This document shows, one piece after another, positions 24,369 to 37,289 of a DNA stretch of 64,000 bases. A model generated the notes under the pieces. That model was not told where the DNA came from. It saw nothing but the letters and a program-made list of their open reading frames with translations, and ran no database searches. The stretch spans positions 14,508,001 to 14,572,000 of the forward strand of contig NC_043010.1 of NCBI RefSeq assembly GCF_006345805.1. The letters are read 5' to 3'. Positions within the stretch are counted from its first letter, which is position 1, and the number at the start of each line of letters is the position of its first letter. Source of the stretch: Octopus sinensis. Taxonomy: Eukaryota. Both the position numbers and the translations under genes were made by a program.

Positions 24369-24482
24369 GGGGGCAAAGTGTATTTCAGATCACTTAGTTA
24401 TCAGCATATTACTCTCTTCAAACCGATTAAAAGCATTTCATTTAGATCCCTCAATGGCAGATTAAATGCTAACACAAGAAAC

Positions 24483-24625
24483 TGACACTTATTTCATCGA
24501 CTCCGAAAGGATGAAAGGCAAAGTCGACCCTGGACAGAATTTGAACTCAGAACGCAAAGACGGAGGAAATGCCGCTAAACATTTCGTCCGGCGTGCCAAT
24601 GATTTTGCTGGCTCGATGCCTTATA
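24483..24625 (-). mobile_element. SINE family A, partial
   Basis: GGATGAAAGGCAAAGTCGAC core. Confidence 0.75.
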
Positions 24626-25217
24626 GACTTGTTTTACTAAATTACCAAAATATGCCCTAAAATACCTCTCGTCGCACCCTGTGAATGTTTTTTCTTGTAT
24701 GTATGTATAATTATACATTAAATAATATATGGTAAACAGCAAATTATATTTTCCAATTTTGCATTGATTGTAACTTGAGTCATTTTAAGCGGTTGGAATT
24801 GTAATACAAGTTATTTAGATTGTTTTCCAGGATTCGTAAGGCGAATACGGCGGATCCCTGTCTTACGAAAGATATCTTCAATCATAAAACAGCAGATTCT
24901 AATGTTTTCTTTACAAGTTTACCCTTTAAACCCCTTCTGAAGTGGTGACACCGTATCACTGCCACGTTTACATCGAGTCTAATGAGACGACTTTACTGGA
25001 AACGATCTCACTTCTCTGGAAAGAAATGTTTATGTCAGCATGGAAACGGCCAAGGCACCCAACTCAGTGTCTGCCTGTGGTTTATTTGTTAATTTTTGTT
25101 TCCTTTCGGGAATTGTTTGTAAACTCGATCTTTATGAGAGCAGCAAGAGTTAAATGTGATGAGAAACAAAATTATTTATATAAAGAACTTTGGCTTCTTA
25201 AATGTAGAAGTCAATTT

Positions 25218-25631
25218 GGATCTTTTCGGTTTGAACGGCAGTTTTTTCTAGCGGTGTCATATGAAATCGTCACCCATAATTATGACCCTAGTATCGATCT
25301 ATTGCATTTCAATCTATTTTAGGGTTAGGGTTAGTTAGGAGGAAGGGTATCTTTTTTTCTTTACAAATGTAAATAAACCCAATCTGCTTCTTAAACGAGG
25401 GACATATTCATACGGCACAGTATGCTTTTTACCTCAAGGACGTCAGTGATTGGTTGAAATTGCAGAAATAGAAGAAAAAAACAACAAATATCTTACAAAC
25501 TATAGAATTTTCTCAATAAAGCCAAGAGAAAAATATGTTTTATAAACATATTCTACCAGTATACGAAGTTTAAAATTTTTTAGTTACCTAGAAATTATTT
25601 TAAAAAACTGCCGTTCAAACCGAAAATATCC
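25218..25631. mobile_element. MITE family D, 8-bp TSD GTCAATTT
   Basis: TIRs; TSD at 25210-25217 and 25632-25639. Confidence 0.9.
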
Positions 25632-25930
25632 GTCAATTTGCAGGATACTAAAGTCTCACAGAATCAACCGTAAAAACAAAAAGGAATTGTTTGGTAAGGT
25701 ATTTCGTTTTTTATAAGAATAAGATGGCAATCGTGTGTGTGCGTTTGTATGTATGCATGTATTATGTATGTATGTATGTATGTATGTATGTATGTATGTA
25801 TGTATGTATGTATGTATGTATGTATGTATGTATGTATGTATGTGTGTATATGTGTGTGTGTTTCTGTGTGTGCGTCTGTATGTGTGCGTACGTGTGTGCG
25901 CTCGCGTTTAAAATATATTTTCAAGATTAC

Positions 25931-26014
25931 CTGAAACACTGGAACAAGCAGAGCCGATTCCTTGAATGGATCTGGCAAGGAATAATGTGGAGTAGGAATT
26001 GGCGAAAGCAAAAA
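25931..26014 (-). CDS. VMAT: VMAT coding exon, 84 nt; (V)FAFANSYSTLFLARSIQGIGSACSSVS(G)
   Basis: Acceptor TTTTCTTTTGCAG|, donor G|GTAATC, phase 1-1; ARSxQGIGSxCSSV motif is VMAT-type. Confidence 0.95.
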
Positions 26015-26259
26015 CTGCAAAAGAAAATTAAAAATATTTTAGATTTTAATTTTACTTGTCCAACGGTTCACCGACCAAAATGACGAACATTCATACATTT
26101 TGGAAAATAAAGAATATACATATTTTGTCTAAACTTGCTACTTTGCGATTCTTTCAATTTTTTTTTTTACTAAAAATGAACCGATATTTAAGTTTGGCAA
26201 CTGGAAAATTACTGAATATGATTGTTTCAATTATTAAATAAAGACGTCAGACACATACG

Positions 26260-26264
26260 CTATT

Positions 26265-26303
<39 letters not shown>

Positions 26304-26330
26304 CGCTCTTTCTATTTCTGTCTATCTATT

Positions 26331-26362
<32 letters not shown>

Positions 26363-26590
26363 CCCCTCTCTCTCTCTCTAGTTCACTGTCTATTTCTCTC
26401 TCTCTCTCTCTATCTATCTATTTTCTCTCTCTCTCCCTCTCTATTTCTCTCTCTCTCTCTCTCTCTCTATTTCTCTCTGTCTCTCTAGTTCACTGTCTAT
26501 TTCTCTCTCTCTCTAGTTCACTGTCTATTTCTCTCTCTCTCTCTCTAGTTCACTGTCTATTTCTCTCTCTCTCTTTCTCTCTCTCTATCC
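26260..26590. repeat. (CT)n/(TATC)n with 4 copies of CTAGTTCACTGTCTATTT
   Basis: Direct inspection. Confidence 0.85.
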
Positions 26591-27292
26591 ATCCATCCAT
26601 TAATCCATTCACGCACATTCTCCATTTTAAATAAAGAATGAAGACAGCAGATGTCTACTTATGAAAGAAAAGAAAAGCCATCATTGTTCTTAGCGACATC
26701 TTTTCGTATATTTCTAAATAAACAATCTCCACTATTTCGACGTGTATTCCATCCCCTTCACCCATCCTTGTTATATTCTTTACACCATCGTTTCGCATTC
26801 TTCCATAGTCAACCATTCTTACTCACATGCTTCACTTCCTCTTCATTTTTACACCTTTTTTATTTCCTTTGTTTCCGTTTATATTTTTTATTGTTAAAAC
26901 AAACAAACAATCAAAATAAAATTATTCTATTTTCTCCATATTTTACTTCTCTTTTTTTTCAATTTACTTCTCCACCCTCTCTCCTCCCACGCTCCTCTCC
27001 TCCCACCCCTCTCTCCTCCCACTCCCCTCTCCTCCCACTCCTTTTTTTCCTCCGCTCCTAACATTCTTGTCCACAAATAATAGGATTCATGCGTCAGAAA
27101 GTTATCCACCATAATTTATAAACAGGAGTCACTTACAAAAGAAATTTTCTTACCGTAGAAAAAAGATGCAAGCTATCGTCACGACGACGATGATGATGAT
27201 GATCGTCATCATCACCATAGTTGTCATCATTAGGAATCCTTATCAAATTTACCTTCCTCCTCCGCCGCCTCCTCCTCACGATCATCATTATT

Positions 27293-27500
27293 GAGTGAGA
27301 GAGCAGGGCATGCCATCAAAGTAACACAGGGGTATATGTATATAAAGCCCAATATACCCATCATGACTACCCCTCTGGTAAGGGTACACCAGGCACATGC
27401 ATCACAACCATATGTGCACAACATGGTGATCTCACATGAAGAAAAACAGCGCATGACCTTGCATGTGGGGCCCATGAGAGCCACTGCCTGGTACTGGCCT
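27293..27500 (+). repeat. Family F repeat, internally deleted
   Basis: 5' part joined to the 3' end CATGAGAGCCACTGCCTGGTACTG. Confidence 0.75.
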
Positions 27501-28470
27501 TGAATTGATCCAGATGGCTCAGAGTTTCTAAGCCACCTTTTCTGCGATGTATTACATGAGGTGGAGGAGTGATTTGCAGGGAATACACCATGCATGGGGC
27601 AACAAACCTAACTTCGATGGGACTCTTATCCAAAGCCTATGACAGAGTTGACCATCGGTGGCACCAAGTTTGGTCCGTTTCAGAGGCCTGTTACTTCAGT
27701 GCACACCGGAAGCTTCTCAAGTAGTTAGATTTAATCCCTGCTGATCACGTCATAAGCGGAGACCAAGATTGGGTTTCTGGCATTTATGTCAGACTGTTGT
27801 CAGACTGCCACAGTTCTCTCCCAGTCAGGCAATGCAGCCGATGGTGAATCAGCTCTCGCATTCTGTAGAGTTGGGAAAGAGTGACGCTATTCTCAGAAAG
27901 ACTGGGCTTGGACAAGTCTGTTGCAGACGACTTTCACCTCCGAAACCACTGACAACTTCTAGAAATATCTAGCTTGGAAATGCCTGGAATTCCGATGCGG
28001 AATAATTCCACGGGTATTGCACTGCAGTTTGTTAAACCTGTTCGTAATCGTTCTACACGCACTCGTTCAGTTTCCAAGCTATTGTCGAGTATTGGATAGA
28101 TCTATTGTAATGATCACGCCGCCATCTTCCTTTAATCGGGAGGAGTGCGCAATTTTCCATGGTCTGGTGACCTTCATGAAAACCCTCATTAATTTCTTTA
28201 GCTTCCGCTTGGATAAGTTTATGAGAGGACAAGGAAGAGGTGTTTCTCTCCGGTGAATTTGTTTCAAAGCCGGTGAGATTTGTGAAGGTGTCGCGTATGA
28301 ATGGCTTACCCTCACTATGCACCTGGTAAACAAGAACAAGCTCAGGAAAGGACACTTGATGTTGGTATCAAAGTAATCTTGGATCTGTGCGCTTCCTTGA
28401 TTAGCTGCTCCTACTTAGTGAGGCGCTTCTTAATCCCTTTTGTAGGCTCTCATTTTTAATGCCGGTTCTT
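27500..28470 (+). pseudogene. Degraded Tx1/L1-like RT remnant
   Basis: SKAYDRVDHRW, VRQ and VADD-like motifs in shifting frames. Confidence 0.5.
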
Positions 28471-28999
28471 TGTCAGGATAGATTCTGCGAAAATCTCCAC
28501 CAACTTCATAATCGTCCTTTGTAAAGTTATCTGTTGGCTTTGTGACAATCATAAAGATAGGATTAATATTGTTGTTGTTGCTGCTGCTGTCTATTCATTT
28601 TATTCTTCAGATATCACTGATCATTTACAAGTGCTATAAGTGAACATTATGAAACTGTAGTAAAATAGACAACACCGATTCTGTCCTCGTTACATTCGTT
28701 GATTTGATTAATTTTAATATTTTTTCTGATTTATTTATGTGAGAGATGTGAGTGAAGAGTAAGACTGAAGGGGAGTGAATCTATAACAAAGGCCATCGAT
28801 GAAGAGTCGCAAGTAATATGGAAATACAATAAAACTTGACAAAACTAGAGAAAAAAAATAACCAAAGAAACACTGACAATAATATGACCAAAATAAAACC
28901 ACAAAAACAAAAAAAAAATCACACACAAACACAGAAGTACACATTCTCTCTCTCTCTCGTCACTACCCTATATATACGCACTTATAAAGAAAAAAGATC

Positions 29000-29174
29000 G
29001 CTCACACGCGGACACACACACCACACACACACACACACCACACACACACACAACATACACACACACACAAACATACACACACACAACACATACACACACA
29101 CACATACACACACACACACACATACACACACACACACAAACATACACACACACAAACATACACACACACACACA

Positions 29175-29228
<54 letters not shown>
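29000..29228. repeat. (CA)n compound microsatellite
   Basis: Direct inspection. Confidence 0.9.
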
Positions 29229-29230
<2 letters not shown>

Positions 29231-29736
29231 TTTATTACAAACATTTTTCTTTCTCAGGACGAACGACAAAATGGCGTCTGCTGGAAGATTCGGAGAACTA
29301 GTTGCAGCTGCCATGATCGTTGCAGGATATTTCTTCATTCCACTTGGAAGACATTAATAAAATGGGACAAGGGGCGATGGAATAGAATAGAGCACAATGG
29401 TAATAATTGTAACAACAGCAGCAACAACAACAACAACAACGGTATCAACAACAATACTAACAAGAACAATATCAACATTCAATATCTTAGTAACAACAGC
29501 AACTGACAGAGAAAAACAAACAAAAGAACAAAATAGCAATAACTATAGTCTGATGAGCAGCAACGGAGGTAACCTCAACATGGTTAGTGGTCATGCTAAA
29601 AATAGCAGCCAAGTCTGATTTAATCTACCATCTTTGAAAAGAAAGGACACATTAGACAAGACAGTTCAAGATGCACAAAAAGAAAGAATGGTCACGGCCA
29701 AGATTGACCAAAATTCTAAACAACCATAATCGCTTG

Positions 29737-30164
29737 GGATCTTTTCGGTTTGAACGGCAGTTTTTTCTAGCGGTGTCATATGAAATTGTCACCCATAATT
29801 ATGACCCTAGTATCGATCTATTGCATTTCTATCTCTTTTTGGGTTAGGGTTAGTTAGGGTTAGGGGTGGGGGGAAGGGTATCTTTTTTTCTTCACAAATG
29901 TAAATAAACCCAATCTGTTTCTTAAATGAGGGACATATTCATACGGTACAGAATGCTTTTTAACTCAATAGACGTCACTGATTGGTTGAAATTGCAGAAA
30001 TTGAAGAAAAAACAACAACAAATATCTTACAAACTATAGAATTTTCTCAATAAACCCAAGAGAAAAAGATGTTTTATAAACACATTCTACCAGTATACGA
30101 AGTTTAAAATTTTTTAGTTACCTAGAAATTATGTTAAAAACTGCCGTTCAAACCGAAAAGATCC
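29737..30164. mobile_element. MITE family D, no 8-bp TSD
   Basis: Intact TIRs; internal GGGTTAGGGTTAGTTAGGGTTAGGG. Confidence 0.9.
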
Positions 30165-30814
30165 CAAGACAGTTCAAGATGCACAAAAAGAAAAAAATGG
30201 TCACGGCCAAGATTAACCAAAGTCTAAAGAACAACAGTAGCAACAGTGGCCTTTGTCGCTTGAAATAGCAGCCAAAAATTCTTGAAATTACATATTACCT
30301 CACGCAGAAAAAAAGGACTCATAAGAAATTGTAAACTCTTGATATAAATACTGACGGTATAGTCACGGTTGGATTACGTTTGGTTATTGATCTGCTCAAT
30401 CAAGATTGTCCTTATTAGTCACATAGTGATATCTGCGCACACATATATGCACATGAACATACACACACATATACATATATGTAAAGATACAGTTTATCTA
30501 GATTAAGATATTAATTTCATGACATCGCTATTCAGCCTCTGTCCATCAGTGTCGCTCACGATCTCAAACAAAAGGAGGATCGTACACTCCAGGAGACGTT
30601 ATAGGGTATTGGCTGTGGGGTCTCTCCATTGTATGATCGGAAACATGTACTGTATTGAATAGACTTCCTTTCATTATGCACCCATCGATGTCAATATACT
30701 TGCTGTGAAACTATAAGTATGACTAAAGCCACTTAAATTTTGTAACCTTTCCTATATATTTAAGACTCAAAATAATATCAACTATTTTAATATTGGCTCA
30801 TATTAACAATACTC

Positions 30815-31013
30815 TTTACTCTCTCTTTTACTCTTTTACTTGTTTCTGTCATTTGACTGGGGCTGGAGCACCGCCTTTAGTCGAGAAAATCGACCCCCAG
30901 GACTTATTCTTTGTAAGCCTAGTACTTATTCTATCGGTCTCTTTTGCCGAACTGCTATATTACGGGGACGTAAACACACCAGCATCGGTTGTCAAGCGAT
31001 GTTGGGGGGACAA

Positions 31014-31050
<37 letters not shown>

Positions 31051-31216
31051 CATATATACGACAGGCTTCTTTCAGTTTCCGTCTACCAAATCCACTTACA
31101 AGGCTTTGGTCGGCCCGAGGCTATAGTAGAAGACACTTGCTCAAGGTGCCATCAGTGGGACTGAACCCGGAATCATGTGGTTGGTAAGCAAGCTACTTAC
31201 CACACAGCCACTCCTA
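30815..31216 (-). mobile_element. SINE family B
   Basis: Homology to 22608-23092. Confidence 0.9.
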
Positions 31217-31384
31217 CACACACATACATACATAAACACATACATACTTACGCGCAGGTTGCGAGGGGTATTTGAGGACAATTATCAGCATATTACTCTC
31301 TTCAAACCGATTAAAAGGTTTTATTTCATTTAGATCCCTAATGGCAGATTAAATGCTAACACAAGAAATAAGAAGACAAGCAAT

Positions 31385-31965
31385 CATTGTTGCCATATGT
31401 GCAGAACACAGAAATTTAGAAATAGACATCTTTCTAAATGCTGCAAAATCTTTTGCACACAAAGTTCGATAGAACTTCATCTGTATCAAAGATGCGAAAT
31501 ATTCTAAACATCCAGACACTATAAGAACACTGCAGTTTATCCACTGCATTCAAAACGTTATGGATGATGGACCCAGAAATTCAATGAAGGACATCGTCAA
31601 AGAACTTCAGGCGTCGGAGTGGACAGTCAGGACTGTGGTACATAAGGACATTCGATACAAGTTGTATGCTATGAATAGGGGCCAATTCATGTCTGCAAAG
31701 ACACGGGAAAACCGTTTGATCCGTGTCAAACGGTTAGTTAACGAGCTTGAAACCACCCAACGACGAACTTGTCCCGCTTTGGTTCTTCTCTGAAGAGAAA
31801 AGCTTTGACAAATATCAAAAGTCTAAGAAGAAAAATGGCAGATGGTTATGTACACAACATTTTGGTGTTCCTGGCGCGATGCACACTAAAATGGCCGTTG
31901 CTGTAATGGTTTTAGGATGGCAAATAACAATGGTCATATCAGTTGAGGTGCTGGAGACAGTTGTT
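31385..31965 (+). pseudogene. Tc1/mariner (maT/DD37D-like) transposase remnant, N-terminal to first catalytic region
   Basis: SMKDIVKELQASEWTVRTVVHKDIRYK...LWFFSEEKSF...NGRWL...MHTK...VMVLG. Confidence 0.8.
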
Positions 31966-31968
31966 AAG

Positions 31969-32246
31969 TACAGTTGAATACGTAAAACAATGACCATGTT
32001 TGGAGTAACAAAAAAACCCCAAAAACCCCAAGAGAAAATGGTTAAAGAAAATATGAAACATTGGAATACTGAATTGATCGGAGGAAAACGAAAACTCGGA
32101 AAAGTGAACATCAGACGTGGAATATTCCGAGGTGATAGCTTATCTCCATTACTCTTCGTATTGGCTACGGCACCGCTCACTGTGATGCTACGGAAAGTTA
32201 AAATTGCTTACGATTTAGGAAAAGGAAATGGTCAGATAAACCATCT
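31969..32246 (+). pseudogene. R4/Dong-like RT fragment
   Basis: KVNIRRGIFRGDSLSPLLFVLA...INHL. Confidence 0.85.
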
Positions 32247-32338
32247 GCTCAATACCGCAGATTTGCTTGTCAGTTGTTTGACCATAACCAGTTGAGCAAT
32301 GATCTGAAATGTCCGTATTAAATGCTTTCAAAATATTA

Positions 32339-32651
32339 TCTCTATATATAAACGGCAAAATGTCTGTCTGTGTGTGTGTCCTTTATACAAATCCACAATT
32401 TTTCAGTTAGAGGGCTCGCACTTTCTATGGTCATTCAAAACCGTCCAAGGGTGGTCGTGTACATCTTTACATTTCCCCAGTCACCCATCAAAGCCATTAA
32501 AAAATCAATAGAAGTGACTTTTTTGTGAATTTTCTATCCAAAACCCAATCAAAATTCCCGAAACTTGATACGCCAATTGAATGCCAGCTAGCTGTATGTG
32601 ATTGGTCGGTGATTTGGACAGTACTCGCATGTTGCCGGGTCATAGTGCTAG
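32339..32651 (+). mobile_element. Non-autonomous Helitron
   Basis: A|TCTCTATATATAAA 5' end and CGGGTCATAGTGCTAG|T 3' end; inserted in AT with no TSD. Confidence 0.7.
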
Positions 32652-33019
32652 TTTAGTTTAACATCCTTATAATAATTCATACGATGCTACTGCAAACTAT
32701 CCTGTCCCGGTGCCATTTACGCGAACACTATAACAAAGATTGAGAATTGTTTGTTCTGTTTGATACGAGTCGAAAACTGATGACGTGCATCGCTTCTAAG
32801 CCTAACACCTTTGTTATAATAGCATTCGTTCACTATTAAGACTTGGCAGGGAAGAAATATTGAAAAAAACATTTCATATATTATGATAATTAGAAGCTGG
32901 AGAAGCGTGGGGGATATATTAACAGTGAGGGAGCAGATTGAGAGTAAAATAGAAAGATGTAAGGGAAGGAAAGGTGAGAGGGGAGAGGGGCTGGTGTATT
33001 GCGTCGATGCTTGATAATT

Positions 33020-33330
33020 TTAAATTTAATTTAATTTTTATTGGCTCAAAAAGCAAAAGCAAGGCCATGTAGGGGTACAGGGAGTTATGTACAGGGAGGA
33101 TGGTCATACAAAGAGCTCAGGCCATTTCCGGTCAAAAGAGACTTTGAACCGAGCGTTCGTCGGCATCTTCACTATCTCGTCCGGCAGCTTATTCCACGGA
33201 TCCGCAACCCGGACGGAGAAAGCCCCTCTCCTTCGATTGAGATGAACATCGTCGTAGATAGAGCTTTTCGGAGGATAGGAACTCGTTCGGTAAATTGTGG
33301 GTTTGCCACTCAAATGTCACGTAAGAAATT
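33020..33330 (-). mobile_element. CR1/L2-type LINE 3' end
   Basis: HLNRRRGAFSVRVADPWNKLPDEIV...FKVSFDRKW, then a UTR with AATAAA. Confidence 0.8.
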
Positions 33331-33526
33331 TACTTTAATTTAGGAATAAGTTGCTTGGAAAGGAGAAACCTCTGGCATTAACCCCTTTTTACCTTTTTGA
33401 TTGGTTAAATAGTTTGAAATTGCTGAGCATTGTAAATGGTTTACAGATATAAAGAGAGATCAGATGAGTAAAGACTCCGGTGCATTTTTACCTACGAAGG
33501 AATAATAATAATAATAATAATGATAA

Positions 33527-33735
33527 TCTTTTCTACTATAGGCATAAGGCCTGGATTTTGTGGGGAGGGGAACAGTCGATCACATCGACCCCATTACTCA
33601 ACTGGTAGTTAATTTATCAACTCCGAAAGGATGAATGGCAAAGTCGACCTCGGTGGAATTTGAACCCAGAACGTAAAGACGGGACGAAATACTGCTAAGT
33701 ATTTTTTCCGGCGTGCTAGCGGCTCTGCCAGCTGG
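33527..33735 (-). mobile_element. SINE family A, tail type 2
   Basis: Homology; (TTA)n tail. Confidence 0.8.
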
Positions 33736-33767
33736 CCGTGTTTATATTAATAATAACAGTAGTAGTA

Positions 33768-33806
<39 letters not shown>

Positions 33807-34028
33807 TAATAATAATAATAACAATAATGATAAAAATAAGAATAATAATAATAATAGTTTTTAGCTTGGAAACCAAGCTTGAACATTTTGGAGACGGAGT
33901 TAGGCAATTTAATATCACTAGCTCCTCTCCGCTAAACGTACTTAATTTTGTATCTAAATTAGTAACAGGCTTTTCCTCTCTTTCCAGATTCTTATCAGCG
34001 TCTTCAAAAACTACCTGCAAACGCGGTA

Positions 34029-34088
<60 letters not shown>

Positions 34089-34144
34089 TGGACAAGAGTG
34101 CCAAGACTGATGAGACTGAATGGCCCAAATACTGAAAATGATTT

Positions 34145-34554
34145 GGATCTTTTCGGTTTGAACGGCAGTTTTTAACATAATTTCTAGGTAACTAAACACT
34201 TTTAAACTTCGTGTACTGGTAGAATGTGTTTATAAAACATCTTTTTCTCTTGGCTTTATTGAGAAAATTCTATAGTTTGTAAGATATTTGTTGTTTTTTT
34301 TCTTCAATTTCTGCAATTTCAACCAATCAATGACATCTATTGAGGTAAAAAAAACATTGTGCCGTATGAATATGTTCCTCGTTTAAGAAACAGATTGGGT
34401 TTATTTACATTTGTGAAAAAAAAAGATACCCTTTCCCCCACCCCTAACCCTAAAACAGATAGAAATACAATAGATCGATACTAGGGTCATAATTATGGGT
34501 GACAATTTCATATGACACCGCTAGAAAAAACTGTCGTTCAAACCGAAAAGATCC
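34145..34554. mobile_element. MITE family D, TSD AATGATTT/AATGCTTT (7 of 8 match)
   Basis: TIRs and near-perfect 8-bp TSD. Confidence 0.9.
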
Positions 34555-35163
34555 AATGCTTTTGTAATTAAGAGGTAAGAAATTGGGAAACGGCGCCACT
34601 TTCGATGCCTCGCAGATGGCCGAGTATCTCGAGCCTTTTCGCTTGTGGTTTTCCCTGAATTACTCTCAGTGGTCTGCGATGCTGCAGGGCAATTTTTTTG
34701 CTGACGTTTTCTGTTTTGGAATTTTTTTCTTATATTTTTTTTTGTTATATATAATTATTGTTGTTGATTTCCTTTTGATCGATGTAAACGTCAGATCTTG
34801 GGTCCTCACGTATTTGGTCCTCCATGTCTTGGGCCCTTGAGACCGACAGGAGATATAATCATCGTCGTCGTCGTCGTTGTTATTGCTGCTTCCATCTGCA
34901 CCCTAGAAAAGATGCCAGTTTTTACAGACATACGTCTCACAGCAACTCGATATGTCCCCACTCATATTTCTCTCCTGTTTGCTAGAGTTACTGAGGAATT
35001 TCAGGCGGTTCTCATTCTATTAATAAGCCTCACTTACAGGAGACGGAGATGGAGTCGGAGACACTCATATGCGATAATAGCTCCGTAATGCACTTACCTC
35101 CGCACTTCCATATTATATTGTATTATGTTATATTATATCATACACATGCATACATACATACAT

Positions 35164-35195
<32 letters not shown>

Positions 35196-35205
35196 CATAC
35201 ACATG

Positions 35206-35282
<77 letters not shown>

Positions 35283-35341
35283 ATTACATCATACACATAC
35301 ATACATACATACACACATATATATATATAATTACATCATAC

Positions 35342-35403
<62 letters not shown>

Positions 35404-35512
35404 ATATATCATACACATGCATACATACATACATACAAACATATGTATGTATGCATGTATGATATAATATATATATGTATGTATGTATGTATGCATGTGT
35501 ATGATATAATAT

Positions 35513-35545
<33 letters not shown>

Positions 35546-35590
35546 GTATGTATTTATGTATGTATGTATGTACGTATGTATGCATGTGTA

Positions 35591-35633
<43 letters not shown>

Positions 35634-36049
35634 ATATATATTATATGTATATGTATATATGAACAGTAAGAGAGAGAGAGAGAGAGAGGAGGGGAGGAGA
35701 GGGAGAATTTCTCGAATAATAATCACACATACACAGAAGTACGTCGCGTGCGCGCGCGCGTTTCTAAATCGAGATCGCTAATAGTAGCGGTATGAAAGTC
35801 ATAGAGAAGACACGCCCCATCTTCTGGAGTCCATTGTGGCCCTCACTTAAGACTTATAGAGTGCAGCAGCAGCAGCTGTTGGGCTAGGCTTGAGTTACGG
35901 CCCTTGCCAGGTGAGATCCCGGTTGGCAGAGAGGTCCAGATATATATATATATATATATCCGTACATCTACAGGGTGTTCTGAATAAATTTGACGATATT
36001 TATGTCCCCTTCTTTCAAGAAATGTTCAATGTGATTGGTGAAAAGTCAT

Positions 36050-36468
36050 AGGTGTAGAAGTAGCTGTATGGTAAGTAGCTTGCTTACCAACCACATGGTC
36101 CCGGGTTCAGTCCCGCTGCGTGGAACCTTGGGCAAGTGTCTTCTACTATAGCCTCGGGCCGACCAAAGCCTTGTGAGTGGATTTGGTAGACGGAAACTGA
36201 AAGAAGCCCGTCGTATATCTATATATATATATATGTGTATGTGTATGTGTGTGTCATATGTTTGTGTGTCTGTGTTTGTCCCTCCAGCATCGCTTGACAA
36301 CCGATGCTGGTGTGTTCACGTCCCCGTAACTTAGCGGTTCGGCAAAAGGGACCGATAGAATAAGTACTGGGCTTACAAAGAATAAGTCCTGGGGTCGATT
36401 TGCTCTACTAAAGGCGGTGTTCCAGCATGGCCGCAGTCAAATGACGGAAACAAATAAAAGAGTAAGAG
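36050..36468 (+). mobile_element. SINE family B
   Basis: Homology to other B copies. Confidence 0.9.
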
Positions 36469-36589
36469 TATCTCTCCGTACCTCCACCCAATCCTTGACT
36501 CAGAGGGCCAGCCATTATATGACAGCTGCAGAAAGAGTAAAGAGGGCGTTGGAGAGCATAAAGATTTAAGTTGAGGTGAGACAAAGTTA

Positions 36590-37255
36590 ACTGACATGGA
36601 GGAGTGGAAATCATCTGAATATTGGGAAAGAGTTACCTGTGTCATGATGATACGCGCCGGATATCAAAATGCCGACATGATGATTGCTGCCGAATGCTCT
36701 GTGAACACTGGAAAGGTTGTAAAACATGGCTGGGAAAAGATTATGAAGTAGGATGGGAGAGGGACGTCATGTGGCCCCACATCTTTGAACAATGCCTTAG
36801 GCTCAATTCAGACGGCCATGTGAAGCTGCTGGAGACTGTAGTCAATCTCAGACCGGTTGGAGAGGGTCGTTGGTGGAAGGCCACATGTGTAGCAGCAGGA
36901 TTTGTCTTCTTACCATACTTCCGAAAAAAAATCAGAAGTGGTTGCTCGGGAATTCCTACAACTTCACCAGCCCCAATTTCTGGCCTCCTAATTCCCTCGA
37001 TCATAACCCCATAGATTTCTTTGCCGGGTGGGGGTGCGATTGAGAAAGACTTCAACTGTTCAGCCACCAACACCAAAACCGAGCTGGTGAGAGCGAGATC
37101 TTGAGGCCGCGGTGGAAGCTGAGGGCTGTTACTTTGAATAAACTGTTATCTCCTAGCCGTCATCTTGTTGATATTTTTGGATTAAAAGAAATACTTTCAT
37201 TTTTGAATGGGACAATGTGTTATATTTTCCTTTTATGCAAACTGTCGAATTTAGT
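36590..37255 (+). pseudogene. Internally deleted Tc1/mariner (maT-like) element
   Basis: DVMWPHIFEQCLRLNSDGHVKLLETVV...QQD...FWPPNSLDHNPIDF...EGCYFE*. Confidence 0.8.
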
Positions 37256-37289
37256 CCTGTATATGGATCGGGGATCGGGACACCCTTCG

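Noticed and set aside
23297-26014. Vesicular acetylcholine transporter (SLC18A3) identity
   Set aside because: The motifs GSACSSVSG and LGGLAMGVL are VMAT-type, not GSAFADT / LAFISFG
26380-26570. CRISPR-like repeat-spacer pattern
   Set aside because: The spacers are (CT)n runs; it is a minisatellite in eukaryotic DNA
31385-37255. Two mariner remnants as halves of one split element
   Set aside because: The second has its own N-terminal stub and overlaps the first at the G(H/D)(I/V) motif, so they are separate copies
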